Source: Vicinamibacterales bacterium
GTDB lineage: Bacteria > Acidobacteriota > Vicinamibacteria > Vicinamibacterales > CAVVIG01
Length of the DNA: 64,000 bases
Direction of reading: 5' to 3'
Assembly: GCA_036489235.1 (NCBI GenBank)
Contig: DASXGC010000334.1
Coordinates: forward strand, 1,850 to 65,849
The notes beneath the pieces are model-generated. The model was not told the DNA's origin and did not search any database. It worked only from the letters and a program-made list of their open reading frames with translations. A program made the translations under genes and the position numbers. Positions 1 to 9,821 of this stretch are shown one piece after another. The stretch's first letter is position 1, and the number at the start of each line of letters is the position of its first letter.

Positions 1-1994
1 GCAACATCTGGAAGAGCCGTTACGCGGCCAGTCGCGATGTGCTGGGACGTCAGGTCTCGATCAACGGCGCCACGCCCGCGACCATCGTCGGCGTGATGCC
101 TGACGGCATCCGTTTCATCGACTTCACGGATGTCTGGCTGCCGCTGGCGCAGATGCCCGGATTGGCCGCGCAACGGCGCGACACCCGTCCGCTGATGATG
201 ATCGGCCGCCTGCCTGATAGCGCCGACCTCGAGCGCGTTCGAGCCGACCTCTCGCCGATCGCAGCGAACATCTCGGCTGCGCATCCGGACACGAACAAAG
301 ACATCCGGCCGCTCGTCAATACGCTGCTCGAGGCCTACAACGGCGGTGTGACGCTGACCAACTCGGCGATCTACATGCCGCTGCTGGCCGCCGCCTTCGT
401 CCTGCTCATCGCCGCCGCCAACCTCGCGAATCTTCTGCTGGCGCGCGCGGCCTATCGATCGCGCGAGATCGCGATTCGGCTGGCGATCGGCGCTACGCGG
501 TGGCGGATCGTACGGGGACTGTTGATCGAAAGCCTGGTGCTGGCGTTCGTGGCCTGGATTCTCGCGGTCGGAGGCTCTTGGCTCACGCTGACGATCTCGG
601 CATCGCAGGCCGCTCCGCAGCTGCCCTATTGGCACATCAAGATGGACGCCCGCCTGCTCGCCACGCTGGCGGCGATCGCTCTCGTCACGACCGGCCTCTT
701 CGGCCTGGCGCCGGCCATCTGGGCCTCGCGTCACGCTACCGCCGATGGATTGAAGGAAGGCGGCCGTCTAAGCACGCCGCCAAAAGTGCGGCGCTGGACC
801 ACTGCGTTGCTCATCGGGCAGTTCGCGGTCACGCTCGCGCTCCTCAACGGCGCCGGTCTGACGGCGCGACGGTTCTTCACTTTCTACTCGCTCGATCGCA
901 ACCTGCAGACCTCGGATGCGGTGACGACGACGGTTCGGCTGCCAGCACAAACGTATGCGACGCGCGAGAAGCGGATCGCGTTTCACGATCAGCTCAAGGC
1001 CCGCCTGCTGTCGGCGCCGGGCGTGACGGCGAGTACCGTGGCCAGTGCGGCGCCGTTCTCGGCGGCTGGAAGACGCCAGCTCACGTCGGTGGATGGGCGG
1101 CTGGAGACCGACCCACCGCCCGACGTCATGACCGTGACTGTGGATACCGACTACTTTCGCACCCTCGTCCCTGGTCTCGTTCTCGGCGACTCATTCTCCG
1201 AGTTGCACGGAACTCCGGGCCACGAGGCGGCAATCGTGAACCAGCGATTCGCCGACGTGTATCTCGGCACCGGGAATCCGATCGGCCGTCACATCGAACT
1301 TCGACCGCCCACGGTGCAACGGACCTATTTGAGGGAAGCTGAAGGCCCTGCGTCGCTGGTGTCGGTGGCGATCATCGGTGTCTCGCGGGACATTCGGCAG
1401 AGTCCGGGTGATCCAGTCCCCATGGTGTACCTGCCGTTTCGGGCCGAGGCGCCGGCTGCTGTCGCGTTGATCGTGCGAGGCTCCGACGGGTTGGGCGTCG
1501 TCGTTCAAACCGTCCGCCAGGCCGTGAACGACATCGATCCTGATCTTGCACTTGGCGTCGTGAGACCGCTCAACGAGCTCCGCGATCGATCGAGGTCGGG
1601 CCCCGCCGATATGGCAGCGCAGTTCGCGAGGATCGGCGGGCTGGCGCTCATCCTCTCTGGCGTTGGGCTGTATTCGGCGATGGCGTATGCCGTGAGACGT
1701 CGCACCCAGGAGATTGCCGTCAGGATGGCGCTCGGGGCTCAGGCCGCCCAGGTGCGTTGGCTGTTCCTCAAGTCCGGCGTATGGGTCATCATCGCCGGCG
1801 TCGCGATCGGCGTACCGGGTGCTCTCGTGGTCGGCCGGCTGCTGCAGAGGACCTTTGTGCGCACCGAGGCTCGCGACATCGTAACGCTAGTGGTGACCAT
1901 CGTCCTCCTGGCAATCGTCGCGCTGGTGGCGTCAATCATTCCGGCGCGGCGCGCCACCCGGCTCGAGCCGATCGCCGCGTTACGGATCGAGTAG
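1..1994 (+). CDS. ABC-type permease with duplicated FtsX domains (MacB-like, ADOP-type); 5' end lies outside the window
   Basis: ORF 39..1994 is open to the window edge. Two FtsX-like membrane modules are present (..LLIAAANLANLLLARAAYRSREIAIRLAIGATRWRIV.. and ..YAVRRRTQEIAVRMALGAQAAQVRWLF..), separated by a large periplasmic domain. Confidence 0.85.
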   Translation, partial: NIWKSRYAASRDVLGRQVSINGATPATIVGVMPDGIRFIDFTDVWLPLAQMPGLAAQRRDTRPLMMIGRLPDSADLERVRADLSPIAANISAAHPDTNKDIRPLVNTLLEAYNGGVTLTNSAIYMPLLAAAFVLLIAAANLANLLLARAAYRSREIAIRLAIGATRWRIVRGLLIESLVLAFVAWILAVGGSWLTLTISASQAAPQLPYWHIKMDARLLATLAAIALVTTGLFGLAPAIWASRHATADGLKEGGRLSTPPKVRRWTTALLIGQFAVTLALLNGAGLTARRFFTFYSLDRNLQTSDAVTTTVRLPAQTYATREKRIAFHDQLKARLLSAPGVTASTVASAAPFSAAGRRQLTSVDGRLETDPPPDVMTVTVDTDYFRTLVPGLVLGDSFSELHGTPGHEAAIVNQRFADVYLGTGNPIGRHIELRPPTVQRTYLREAEGPASLVSVAIIGVSRDIRQSPGDPVPMVYLPFRAEAPAAVALIVRGSDGLGVVVQTVRQAVNDIDPDLALGVVRPLNELRDRSRSGPADMAAQFARIGGLALILSGVGLYSAMAYAVRRRTQEIAVRMALGAQAAQVRWLFLKSGVWVIIAGVAIGVPGALVVGRLLQRTFVRTEARDIVTLVVTIVLLAIVALVASIIPARRATRLEPIAALRIE

Positions 1995-2001
1995 TCCGGG
2001 C

Positions 2002-2613
2002 TCATCGCCTCCTGCGGGTGTCGCCGCGGGTCAAATGAGGCCGGAGCATTGCGTCGAGATCCTCGCGCAACCATTTTGCGGCGGACCCTTCTCGATACAA
2101 TGTCCAGTTGAGGAACGACCCGCGAAGCGTGACCTCGGTCATCCGAGCCAGCGCCCTCACGTCCGTCCCCGCACGAAGCTCCCTCGCTGCCACGGCAGCC
2201 GAAATCAGTTCCTCGTACCATCGCCTCGCCGCGTGCGACAGCCGCAACAGGTGACGCCGCAACGCTGGATCCGCCAAATCGTTGTGAAGATAAGCCAGAT
2301 TCCTGACGGCGGCGCGTGGCGAGTCGGCCAACTGGGCGTACATCGCGGTGACGGACCGTAGCGTCTCCAGAGGCGATGACGTCCGCAGCCGAGGGACCGC
2401 CACACCAGTGTCTCCGGTGGCGGCGGCGTGGCGGGCGTGCGCGAGCAGCAACGCGCGCTTGGATCCAAACCGCTGCACAAGGGCGCCGGCGGTCAGGCCG
2501 GCTTCCGCCGCAATCTCCCGAAGCGTCAGCTCCGCCGGACCGCGACGGTGCATGACCCGCACCACACCCGCGAACACATCGGCGTCCTCCGCTTTTCGTC
2601 GTCTTGGACTCAT
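2002..2613 (-). CDS. TetR family transcriptional regulator
   Basis: N-terminal HTH (LTLREIAAEAGLTAGALVQRFGSKRALL). The track ORF begins at TTG 2625; I prefer the in-frame ATG at 2613. Confidence 0.8.
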   Translation of the reverse strand: MSPRRRKAEDADVFAGVVRVMHRRGPAELTLREIAAEAGLTAGALVQRFGSKRALLLAHARHAAATGDTGVAVPRLRTSSPLETLRSVTAMYAQLADSPRAAVRNLAYLHNDLADPALRRHLLRLSHAARRWYEELISAAVAARELRAGTDVRALARMTEVTLRGSFLNWTLYREGSAAKWLREDLDAMLRPHLTRGDTRRRR

Positions 2614-2618
2614 CCTGC

Positions 2619-2647
2619 TTGACAATATCTAAACATACGTTTAGTTT
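2619..2647 (+). promoter_or_regulatory. Sigma-70-like promoter overlapped by an inverted repeat (candidate TetR operator)
   Basis: TTGACA at 2619-2624, a 17-nt spacer, then TAGTTT at 2642-2647. The inverted repeat CTAAAC-ATAC-GTTTAG lies at 2629-2644, between the divergent tetR and the DHFR-like gene. Confidence 0.5.
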
Positions 2648-2721
2648 CATCGCAACAAAGCCACGAGCACCGTGTCCGGCAGCTGGACCGTGACCGGGGC
2701 ACTCAGTGTTGAGGACTGACG

Positions 2722-3288
2722 ATGGAGAACGGAGAGCCCCGGGTAACGATCCACATGGCCGCCAGCCTCGACGGTTTCATTGCGAGAAGAGATGGCAGCG
2801 TTGACTGGCTCGAGACGTCCGACAACTTCGACGGCGGCGACAGCCTGACGCCGGAGTCAGTCGCCGAATTCCTCGCGACGATCGACTGCTACGTCATGGG
2901 TTCGCGAACCTATGAAACAGCGTTGAAGTTCGAAGCGAAAGGACTGGGTTGGTCCTACGGCGACAAGCCGACCATCGTCCTCACCCATCGCGCCTTGCCG
3001 AAGACCAGGAGTACCGTCGAGTTCTACTCGGGCGATCTCGAGCGACTGGTTGGAGAGAGATTGAAGCCGACCTTCCGCAGCACCTGGTTTGTCGGCGGTG
3101 GCGAAGTGTCCGCTGAATGCCTGCGCCTCCGACTGGCCGACGAAGTGCGCTATTCGATCGTGCCTATGTTGATTGGCAACGGAATCTCGTTCTTTCAGGG
3201 GCTCGACAAAGACGTCGCCCTGCACCTTCTGGAGGCGACCGCGTACAAGAGCGGCATCGTGGCGCTTCGCTACGAGGTGCGGAAGTAG
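2722..3288 (+). CDS. Dihydrofolate reductase family protein (RibD C-terminal domain type)
   Basis: The N-terminus VTIHMAASLDGFIARRDGSVDWL and the overall length of 188 aa are typical of the RibD_C/DHFR-like family. Confidence 0.8.
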   Translation: MENGEPRVTIHMAASLDGFIARRDGSVDWLETSDNFDGGDSLTPESVAEFLATIDCYVMGSRTYETALKFEAKGLGWSYGDKPTIVLTHRALPKTRSTVEFYSGDLERLVGERLKPTFRSTWFVGGGEVSAECLRLRLADEVRYSIVPMLIGNGISFFQGLDKDVALHLLEATAYKSGIVALRYEVRK

Positions 3289-3376
3289 GCTCCGTCGGAA
3301 AACGCGTCGCGTGGATCCGATCCGCGATGACGGATTGATGCGAGCACCGGGAGTTGAAATAGCATCCCGATGGCGC

Positions 3377-3392
3377 TGGTATACGCCTTGCT
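3377..3392 (+). promoter_or_regulatory. -24/-12 (sigma-54-type) promoter-like site upstream of the methyltransferase gene
   Basis: TGGTATA-CGCC-TTGCT with GG-N10-GC spacing. The GC is 13 nt before ATG 3405. A CGGAAAACGCG element lies about 76 bp upstream (3293-3312). Confidence 0.3.
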
Positions 3393-3404
3393 GCGCAACC
3401 AGGC

Positions 3405-4196
3405 ATGTCGGTCAGTAGCAGTCTGAAACAGCAGTGGGAATCTGCTGAAATTCATCGAAGCGGAATCGAAGCCCAGCTCACTGACGACGCCAGGCTGGTG
3501 GCCAGCGAGCGCAACACGCGGCGATACCTCGATCCACCGCTAGAAACGCCGTATCCGCTCGAATATGCCTATGCCCTCCTCGGCGATGTCCGAGGCCGCA
3601 CCGTGCTGGATTTCGGATGCGGATCGGGCGAAAACGCCCTGCTTCTCGCCCGCCGAGGCGCCCGAGTCATCGGCGTGGACATCTCAGAATCGCTGATCTC
3701 GCTCGCGGAGCGTCGCTTACGGCTGAACGGTATGGCCGGCTGCGCGAAGTTCGTCGTCGGATCCGCACATGATCTGCCGATACGGAGTGGCTCAGTCGCC
3801 GTCGTATTTGGCATCGCGATTCTGCATCATCTAGATCTCTCCGCGACCTCTCGCGAAATCTATCGTGTGCTGGAAGAAAATGGACGCGCCATTTTCCAGG
3901 AGCCGGTGCGCGACTCGCGACTCGTGCGTGCGGTTCGGAAGTGCATCCCTTACCGAGCACCCGACATATCGCCGTTCGAGCGGCCGTTGATAAGTGCGGA
4001 ACTTCAGCAGTTCAGCCGCCCTTTCGCGTCATCAAGGACCCGGGCGTTCTCACTTCCATTTGTGAATGCTGCTCAGGCAATCCCATCCTTGCGACGTCAT
4101 CTGACGGCGGCTTACCGCTACGATCACAAATTGCTGACGCGCCTGCCGAGCTTGAAAGTGTTTTCCGGGATTCGAGTCTTGGAACTGGTCAAGTGA
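3405..4196 (+). CDS. Class I SAM-dependent methyltransferase
   Basis: SAM-binding motif I: VLDFGCGSGENALLLARRGARVIGVDIS. Confidence 0.85.
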   Translation: MSVSSSLKQQWESAEIHRSGIEAQLTDDARLVASERNTRRYLDPPLETPYPLEYAYALLGDVRGRTVLDFGCGSGENALLLARRGARVIGVDISESLISLAERRLRLNGMAGCAKFVVGSAHDLPIRSGSVAVVFGIAILHHLDLSATSREIYRVLEENGRAIFQEPVRDSRLVRAVRKCIPYRAPDISPFERPLISAELQQFSRPFASSRTRAFSLPFVNAAQAIPSLRRHLTAAYRYDHKLLTRLPSLKVFSGIRVLELVK

Positions 4197-4276
4197 TTCA
4201 TGGGATCGAGCGCATTTGGCTCCGAGCAATGCGACAATTTCCACGACGGCCTGGATGTGTTGGCGACGTCAGCTTG

Positions 4277-5284
4277 TCAGTCCAGGATGGCGTGATCGTC
4301 AAGTTTCGCACCGGGACCAGCGCGGAACCATCTCCCTGCCCGTTTCAGCGAATAAGCCCACATCAGTAAGAACGGCAATCGAGCGGCAGCGAAGGCCATG
4401 GCCGAATCGGTCATGGCACCCGTGCGCTTGTGAAGCGACGTGAAATGAACGGCTGCCGTCTGAAAGTCGCGGTCGATGATGGCCTGCTTCGCACGCGCCA
4501 TCAGCCGGCGTTCCTCGAATCGGTCGAGCCGTCGGTCAATCTCCAATGCTTCGACCGAGTCGTCGGGAACCAATCGCCGAAGGTTCTTCAGTGGTCGTTG
4601 AATGCCGAGGAGCATCTGTGCTTCATTTGCCGACAGGCTGCCTGTCGTTCGCCGGTAATACACAAGCGGCGTTGAGTTGAAGAGGATGCCCACACCGTCG
4701 GCGGCGGCGCGCAACCAGAAATCGTAATCCTCATTTCCGTCCATGTTCGCATCGAATCCCCTGAGTTGTTCCCAGACGCGGCGACGAAAAACGGACATGA
4801 TGGACACGGAGTCCTCGACGCGAATGAGCATCAGGAGAGACACTGGATGAAGGCCTGGTCTCACCGTTTTCCAGACGGTCCGGTCGAGTTCTCCGCCCAG
4901 GTTGATGGCGTTGGCGGAGACGACATCAATGTCCGGATGGTCGTGCAAGACCCGCAACTGCGCCGCGAGATAGCCGGGCATCCAGATGTCGTCGCTGTCC
5001 AGGAGCGCAAAGTAGGTTCCCTGCGCCGCAGCCATTGCCAGATTGCGTGCGGTAGAAACCCCCTGGCGCTGTTGACGAAGTAACCGGATCCGTGGGTCTC
5101 TGTTCGCGAAGTGCTGAGCGATACTCGCCGTGGCATCTGACGAACCGTCGTCCACGATCAGAATCTCGAAGTCGCTGGCCGTCTGTGCCAATGCGGATTC
5201 AAGCGTTTGTTCCAGGTAATGCTCCGCGTTGTAGGCGGGCAAAATGATGCTCACTGCAGGAAGTGATTTCCCGTTCCTGTCCAT
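4277..5284 (-). CDS. Glycosyltransferase family 2
   Basis: VSIILPAYNAEHYLEQTLESALAQT..FEILIVDDGSSD and the DSDD motif. The track ORF starts at TTG 5332; I prefer ATG 5284. Confidence 0.85.
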   Translation of the reverse strand: MDRNGKSLPAVSIILPAYNAEHYLEQTLESALAQTASDFEILIVDDGSSDATASIAQHFANRDPRIRLLRQQRQGVSTARNLAMAAAQGTYFALLDSDDIWMPGYLAAQLRVLHDHPDIDVVSANAINLGGELDRTVWKTVRPGLHPVSLLMLIRVEDSVSIMSVFRRRVWEQLRGFDANMDGNEDYDFWLRAAADGVGILFNSTPLVYYRRTTGSLSANEAQMLLGIQRPLKNLRRLVPDDSVEALEIDRRLDRFEERRLMARAKQAIIDRDFQTAAVHFTSLHKRTGAMTDSAMAFAAARLPFLLMWAYSLKRAGRWFRAGPGAKLDDHAILD

Positions 5285-5350
5285 CCGGGGGGCCTCAGCC
5301 GGCGTTTGACGCACGATTCGACACTTCAACAATCCTTCCGGCGTGTTGAT

Positions 5351-5366
5351 CGCAAACGCGCTGCCT
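5351..5366 (-). promoter_or_regulatory. -24/-12 promoter-like site upstream of the GT2 gene
   Basis: On the minus strand it reads AGGCAGC-GCGT-TTGCG (GG-N10-GC). GCGTATTTTTCGGGG lies at 5400-5416, further upstream. Confidence 0.3.
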
Positions 5367-5529
5367 GAATCACAGGATTCGACTCCAGGCCCGGCGACCA
5401 GGCGTATTTTTCGGGGTTCGGCTGCAACGCACCGTTCACTTACGGCAATGAAACAAAACGCCGGTCGGAGGCCATGGAGGAGTCGCCGGTGACGCGCGAC
5501 CTGCCGGAGATTGGTAACTCAGGCGTCGC

Positions 5530-7110
5530 TCACTGATTGTGCGGCACTGTGACGATAGCCATCGCCGATCCGATCGCGCCGGCGGTCGTCTGTGCGCTGA
5601 TCGTGATCGTGTATTTGCGTCCGTTCCGGTCGTCTCCCCTTCGCGACGCCAACAGTTGAACGTTGAAGGAGAACGTGCCGTCGTCGCCGATTGCAATCGT
5701 TCCCTGCGGCTGAACCTGTCCATACTCGTCCTGCACAACATATCGCGCGGAGGTCAGGTTCAGCGAGCAGCCGGACGCGACGATCGAGCCGGACAGTGAG
5801 ACCGGGATCGTCCTGCCATTCGGTGGCCACAGGGTGGTGGGCGCGGCGGCCGCCGTGACGATCGGCGCGGTGCTGCCGCACGGCGAACTGTTCAGCAGAA
5901 TCGCCATCAAGTTGTTCCCGACGGCGACCGCGAGATCAGGCCTGCCGTCCCGATTCATGTCGGCCGCGACGACTGACAGCGCGTCGCCAGGTATCGCGTA
6001 CGTCTCCGGCGGCTGCAGGGTCCCGTCGCCTTTTCCGAGCAGCACGCCGACCGCTCCTGCCGCGTTGGCTACGATGACATCGAGCTTGGAGTCGCCGTTC
6101 ACATCGGCAATCGTGTTGACCCACGCGAACCGCGAACCAGAGTCGTAGAGCACAGTGGAGCCGAAGGTTCCGTCGCCGTTGCCGAGAAGGACACCGGTGG
6201 TGCTATCCGGGTAGTTCGCGATGGCGAGATCGAGCGCGCCGTCCCCGTTGAGATCGCCGAGGGCCACAGAGTTCGCCCAACCGCCCGCCGACACGCCGGA
6301 GTCGTAGATCGTCGGCAAGATCTGAAATGTGCCATCGCCGTTGCCGAGCAGGACCCGAGCAACTCCGCGCGAGTGGCCACCGCTATTGCTTCCGGCTCCC
6401 GAGGCAACCACGTCGGGGCGGCCATCGCCGTTGACGTCGCCGACCGCTAGGGAATACATGTTCATGGCGCCGAGCAGCGCCAGGGTCGGTACTTGGAAGG
6501 TACCGTCACCCTTGCCGAGCAGAATTGCCACGGCGCCGTTGAAGGGAGCAGCCACGATCGCCAGGAGGTCCGGCTTGCCGTCTCCATTCACGTCTGCGAT
6601 CGCGATCTGCTGCGACGAGCTGCCGCCGAGGTTCACGGCAACGGCCGGCGCGAACGTCCCGTCGCCGCGACCGAGCAGCACGCCGGCCGTCGTCAACGAG
6701 CATGTGCCGCTCCCCCCACCGCAGACGTTCCCGACGATGATGTCCGGCGCGCCGTCGCCGTTGAGATCCGCGACAGCCACTGAAACGGCGTCGATGCCTG
6801 CGCTGTCGTAGGTGACAGGCGTGCCAAACGTGCCATCGCCGTTTCCGAGAAGAACACTCACCAGCCCGTTGGTCAGGTGTGCGCCGAACGGGTCGTTCTG
6901 GACTGCGACGACCAAGTCCGGCTTGCCGTCGCGATTGACATCGGCAACGGCCGCTGACTCCGTCGCAAAGGCGCCCGCGTCGACGAACGTCGGAAGATGA
7001 AAGATCGGCGGCGCGGCTTGGCTCGCGTGAGGTAGGAGCGAGAAGGACAGAGTAACGAGAACGATCAGCCAGGTCCGAAGAATGGGCGCGACAGAAGAGC
7101 TGCAGGACAT
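5530..7110 (-). CDS. Secreted FG-GAP/VCBS repeat protein
   Basis: Signal peptide (..LLPHASQAAP). Repeated D-x-N-x-D-G-x-x-D motifs (DVNRDGKPDLVV, DLNGDGAPDIIV, DVNGDGKPDLL, DVNGDGRPDVV, DLNGDGALDLAI, DVNGDSKLDVIV, DMNRDGRPDLAV). Confidence 0.85.
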   Translation of the reverse strand: MSCSSSVAPILRTWLIVLVTLSFSLLPHASQAAPPIFHLPTFVDAGAFATESAAVADVNRDGKPDLVVAVQNDPFGAHLTNGLVSVLLGNGDGTFGTPVTYDSAGIDAVSVAVADLNGDGAPDIIVGNVCGGGSGTCSLTTAGVLLGRGDGTFAPAVAVNLGGSSSQQIAIADVNGDGKPDLLAIVAAPFNGAVAILLGKGDGTFQVPTLALLGAMNMYSLAVGDVNGDGRPDVVASGAGSNSGGHSRGVARVLLGNGDGTFQILPTIYDSGVSAGGWANSVALGDLNGDGALDLAIANYPDSTTGVLLGNGDGTFGSTVLYDSGSRFAWVNTIADVNGDSKLDVIVANAAGAVGVLLGKGDGTLQPPETYAIPGDALSVVAADMNRDGRPDLAVAVGNNLMAILLNSSPCGSTAPIVTAAAAPTTLWPPNGRTIPVSLSGSIVASGCSLNLTSARYVVQDEYGQVQPQGTIAIGDDGTFSFNVQLLASRRGDDRNGRKYTITISAQTTAGAIGSAMAIVTVPHNQ

Positions 7111-7145
7111 GAGACTCCTCAGTAGAAGCGATGTCGCCTTGGCCT

Positions 7146-7385
7146 CTAGGCTCTCTTCAGCATTCTCGTGATGGCGACAAGAATCACGGCGCCGATGAAG
7201 GACACGAGGATGGAGCCGATCAGTCCGCCGCCAGGCCAGATCCCCATCGCCCCGAACAGCCAGCCTCCGAGGATCCCGCCGAGCAGCCCCAGGATGATGT
7301 CGACGATGACGCCGTAACCACCGCCCTTCATGACCTGACCTGCGAGCCAGCCGGCGATGAGCCCGACGATGATCGAATAAAGCAT
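7146..7385 (-). CDS. GlsB/YeaQ/YmgE family stress-response membrane protein
   Basis: 79 aa, Gly-rich with three TM segments (IIVGLIAGWLAGQVMKGGGYGVIVDIILGLLGGILGGWLFG). Confidence 0.85.
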   Translation of the reverse strand: MLYSIIVGLIAGWLAGQVMKGGGYGVIVDIILGLLGGILGGWLFGAMGIWPGGGLIGSILVSFIGAVILVAITRMLKRA

Positions 7386-7411
7386 AAGATTCTCCTTTTC
7401 AGGCGCGAGGT

Positions 7412-7912
7412 TTACTTGAGCACGCCGGCGAGCAGGCTGCCGACGTTCGCACCGCCGGACTTCGACACGAATGATGTAAGAACCGGGATCGCTTTGGCCA
7501 CCATCTCTGGTTTGAGACCGAGCTTCTCAAACGCGACCACGGCGGACGAGAGGCCCCCTGCCGATCCTGCGAGCTGCGACAGCGCTCCGGAGGCGCCGGT
7601 CGCGCCGCTTGCCTTGGGCGCCGCGCCGAGCAGCGCCGTCATACCTGGAACGGCGCTCGCCACCTTCGAGAAGTCTCCGGGCTCCAGGCGCGACTTCGCG
7701 ACCTCGAAGAGCGAGCCCGCTGCCCCTGCCGCCTGGTCCGGAGTGGAGCCAAGCTCCTTCGAGAGAATACCGACGAGCTCGGGGCTGGCCTTCGCGGCCG
7801 CCGCCTCCTTGGGGGTAGTCGCCTGGGTGGCGGCGCGTCCTGTCACACCGCTGCCCACTGCTATCAAGACGAGCGCGACGAACACCATTCCGAGTCGACG
7901 CTGCCGTGCCAT
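7412..7912 (-). CDS. DUF2780-like secreted protein
   Basis: Signal peptide, then LVGILSKELGSTPDQAAGAAGSLFEVAKSRL.., typical of DUF2780. It sits 26 nt upstream of the yeaQ-like gene. Confidence 0.65.
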   Translation of the reverse strand: MARQRRLGMVFVALVLIAVGSGVTGRAATQATTPKEAAAAKASPELVGILSKELGSTPDQAAGAAGSLFEVAKSRLEPGDFSKVASAVPGMTALLGAAPKASGATGASGALSQLAGSAGGLSSAVVAFEKLGLKPEMVAKAIPVLTSFVSKSGGANVGSLLAGVLK

Positions 7913-8086
7913 GGCTGCCTCTTTCTCAGTCGCTCCCAGGGAGCGTCGCGTCAGGCCCGCGACGATATGTCGTGAGTCGATCGCAGAATATAGATCCGCG
8001 CGCGAGAGATCTCCAGCAAATCCGAGCCTCGCGCGGATACGGCGGAGACGAAGGCACGACGTGTACCAGGGCCGGGCTCGTGGAAG

Positions 8087-9559
8087 TCAGCGCGCATCGG
8101 TCAGCCGAATGGATTCGCCGATTCGCCGAAATGTCTCCTGAAATGCGTCTGCTTCGCCCTCTGGCGAAACAGTCAGGTAGTAGAACAGGCTGCCGTCGGT
8201 CAGGAATGTCGTGTAGATGCCAATACGCTCCTCCCCGCCCAGAGGCGACGGGTTCACGAGATCGGTGGCGATGGCGGAACGTTGCGAGATACGAATCGCC
8301 CGTTGTGTGCCCGCCAGACGAAGGTCGGGATTGCCCTGCGCGACCGCATTCAGCCAGATGCGAGTCGCTTCGAGCAGATCGCGCGAGTTCGCGTTCGCGA
8401 CGCCGAACTCGATGCCGTGGCTGAACACCGTCTGGCCGTTGAGCTGGCCATAGCCGTTCTGCGGCACGACCTTGATCGCGCTCTTCGCCTGGAGCGCCGT
8501 CCAGTCGCTCGGCACTGCTGCGACAAACACGCCGCCGCCCTTGAGATCGCGGTATTGCGTCGACGGCCTCGCCACCGGCTGCCCGATCGCGCCGAGCGAC
8601 TTTGCGGTCCCGGTGCCGCCGGTGTTGTCACCGCCGTTGCCGCCGCCAGTCGACTTGCCTGCCCGCGCGAGATCGGCCATTGATTTCGCCGGTGGCTGCG
8701 CGGCGAATGCCGTCCTGATCGGCTGAAACTGGCTCGTGTCGGGGGCGGCTGCCACCGTCAGCGCCGCCGCCTCCTGGTTGATGTACGCCGTCCGGTTACC
8801 GGGGTTGGGGTGGCTGTTCATCCACTGTGGACCGCCGTCGCCGCTGCTCGCGGTCTCTTTCTCGATCGTCTCGAACATGTGCGCGAGCGCGCGGGGATCG
8901 TAGCCGGCGCGCGCCATGATCTGCGCGCCGAGAATGTCCGCCTGCTTCTCGAAGTCGCGGCTGTAGCGCAGCAGCAGTGTGCCGAGCCCGAACTGACTGC
9001 CCTGCGCGATCGCCGAGCCCATCGCTCCGCCGACCAGCGCGCCACCAACGGCGCCGGCCAGATGTCCGATCTGCAACCACGGGTTCTGCGCTTTCGACGC
9101 GTTGGCGGTGCCGTGCCGCAGCAGCACGTGAGACAGCTCGTGAGCCATGACGCCGGCGACCTCGCCTTCTTCCTTCGCGGCGTCGAACATGCCGCGGTAC
9201 ACGAACATCGGGCCGCCGGGAAGCGCAAACGCGTTGATCTCTTTCAGGTTGACCGGTGTGAACGAATACTCATAAACCGGATCGTTGAGCGCGGGAGGAG
9301 CGGCGGCGACGAGGCGGTCGCCGATGCCGGAAAGGTAGTGAGCGATTTTCTCGTCCGTGATGATCGGATACTGCTTGCGAATTTCATCGGCGGCTTCACG
9401 ACCGAGCTCAACGTCCTGCTTCGGTGTGTAATTGTTCTTCGGCGGCTTCACCACGGTTTGCGCGTCGAGACCAGCAGCCGAAACGTACGCGACCGCCACG
9501 AATGCCGCGGCGCGCATCGACGATGTGGCGCTCGCCATGGACAGGCAACTGCGGAACAT
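8087..9559 (-). CDS. M48 family metallopeptidase (secreted), with a C-terminal extension
   Basis: HEXXH motif (MAHELSHVLLRHG), an N-terminal signal peptide and a Gly-rich linker. Confidence 0.85.
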   Translation of the reverse strand: MFRSCLSMASATSSMRAAAFVAVAYVSAAGLDAQTVVKPPKNNYTPKQDVELGREAADEIRKQYPIITDEKIAHYLSGIGDRLVAAAPPALNDPVYEYSFTPVNLKEINAFALPGGPMFVYRGMFDAAKEEGEVAGVMAHELSHVLLRHGTANASKAQNPWLQIGHLAGAVGGALVGGAMGSAIAQGSQFGLGTLLLRYSRDFEKQADILGAQIMARAGYDPRALAHMFETIEKETASSGDGGPQWMNSHPNPGNRTAYINQEAAALTVAAAPDTSQFQPIRTAFAAQPPAKSMADLARAGKSTGGGNGGDNTGGTGTAKSLGAIGQPVARPSTQYRDLKGGGVFVAAVPSDWTALQAKSAIKVVPQNGYGQLNGQTVFSHGIEFGVANANSRDLLEATRIWLNAVAQGNPDLRLAGTQRAIRISQRSAIATDLVNPSPLGGEERIGIYTTFLTDGSLFYYLTVSPEGEADAFQETFRRIGESIRLTDAR

Positions 9560-9821
9560 TTTGCACTCCTGGTTTGACGCACATTGAAACGGCTTGTTCT
9601 TGAGCTTCCCGGAGAAAGGGCACTCTCGTGCAAGCTGTCGTTGTCGGTGCGTTCAGTGCGGCGGAAGAGAGCGGGATTCGGAGTGACACTTCTTCTCCCG
9701 CGAACGGTTTACCGGGCATTGTAAGCGGCAGACCTGCCGAATCCAAAGAAAAGTCGAAGCGCTGAGTCATCGCCGTCGCCGCGACGATCTGGCCCTTCGC
9801 GCGGATTGGTCGACGAACGAA

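Noticed and set aside
5366-5400. ...CACAGGATTCGACTCCAGGCCCGGCGACCA resembles a tRNA T-arm/acceptor 3' end (possible att-site remnant).
   Set aside because: I cannot fold a T-stem, because the flanking 5-mers are not complementary. No matching tRNA gene or integrase lies in the window. The segment overlaps a predicted promoter region.
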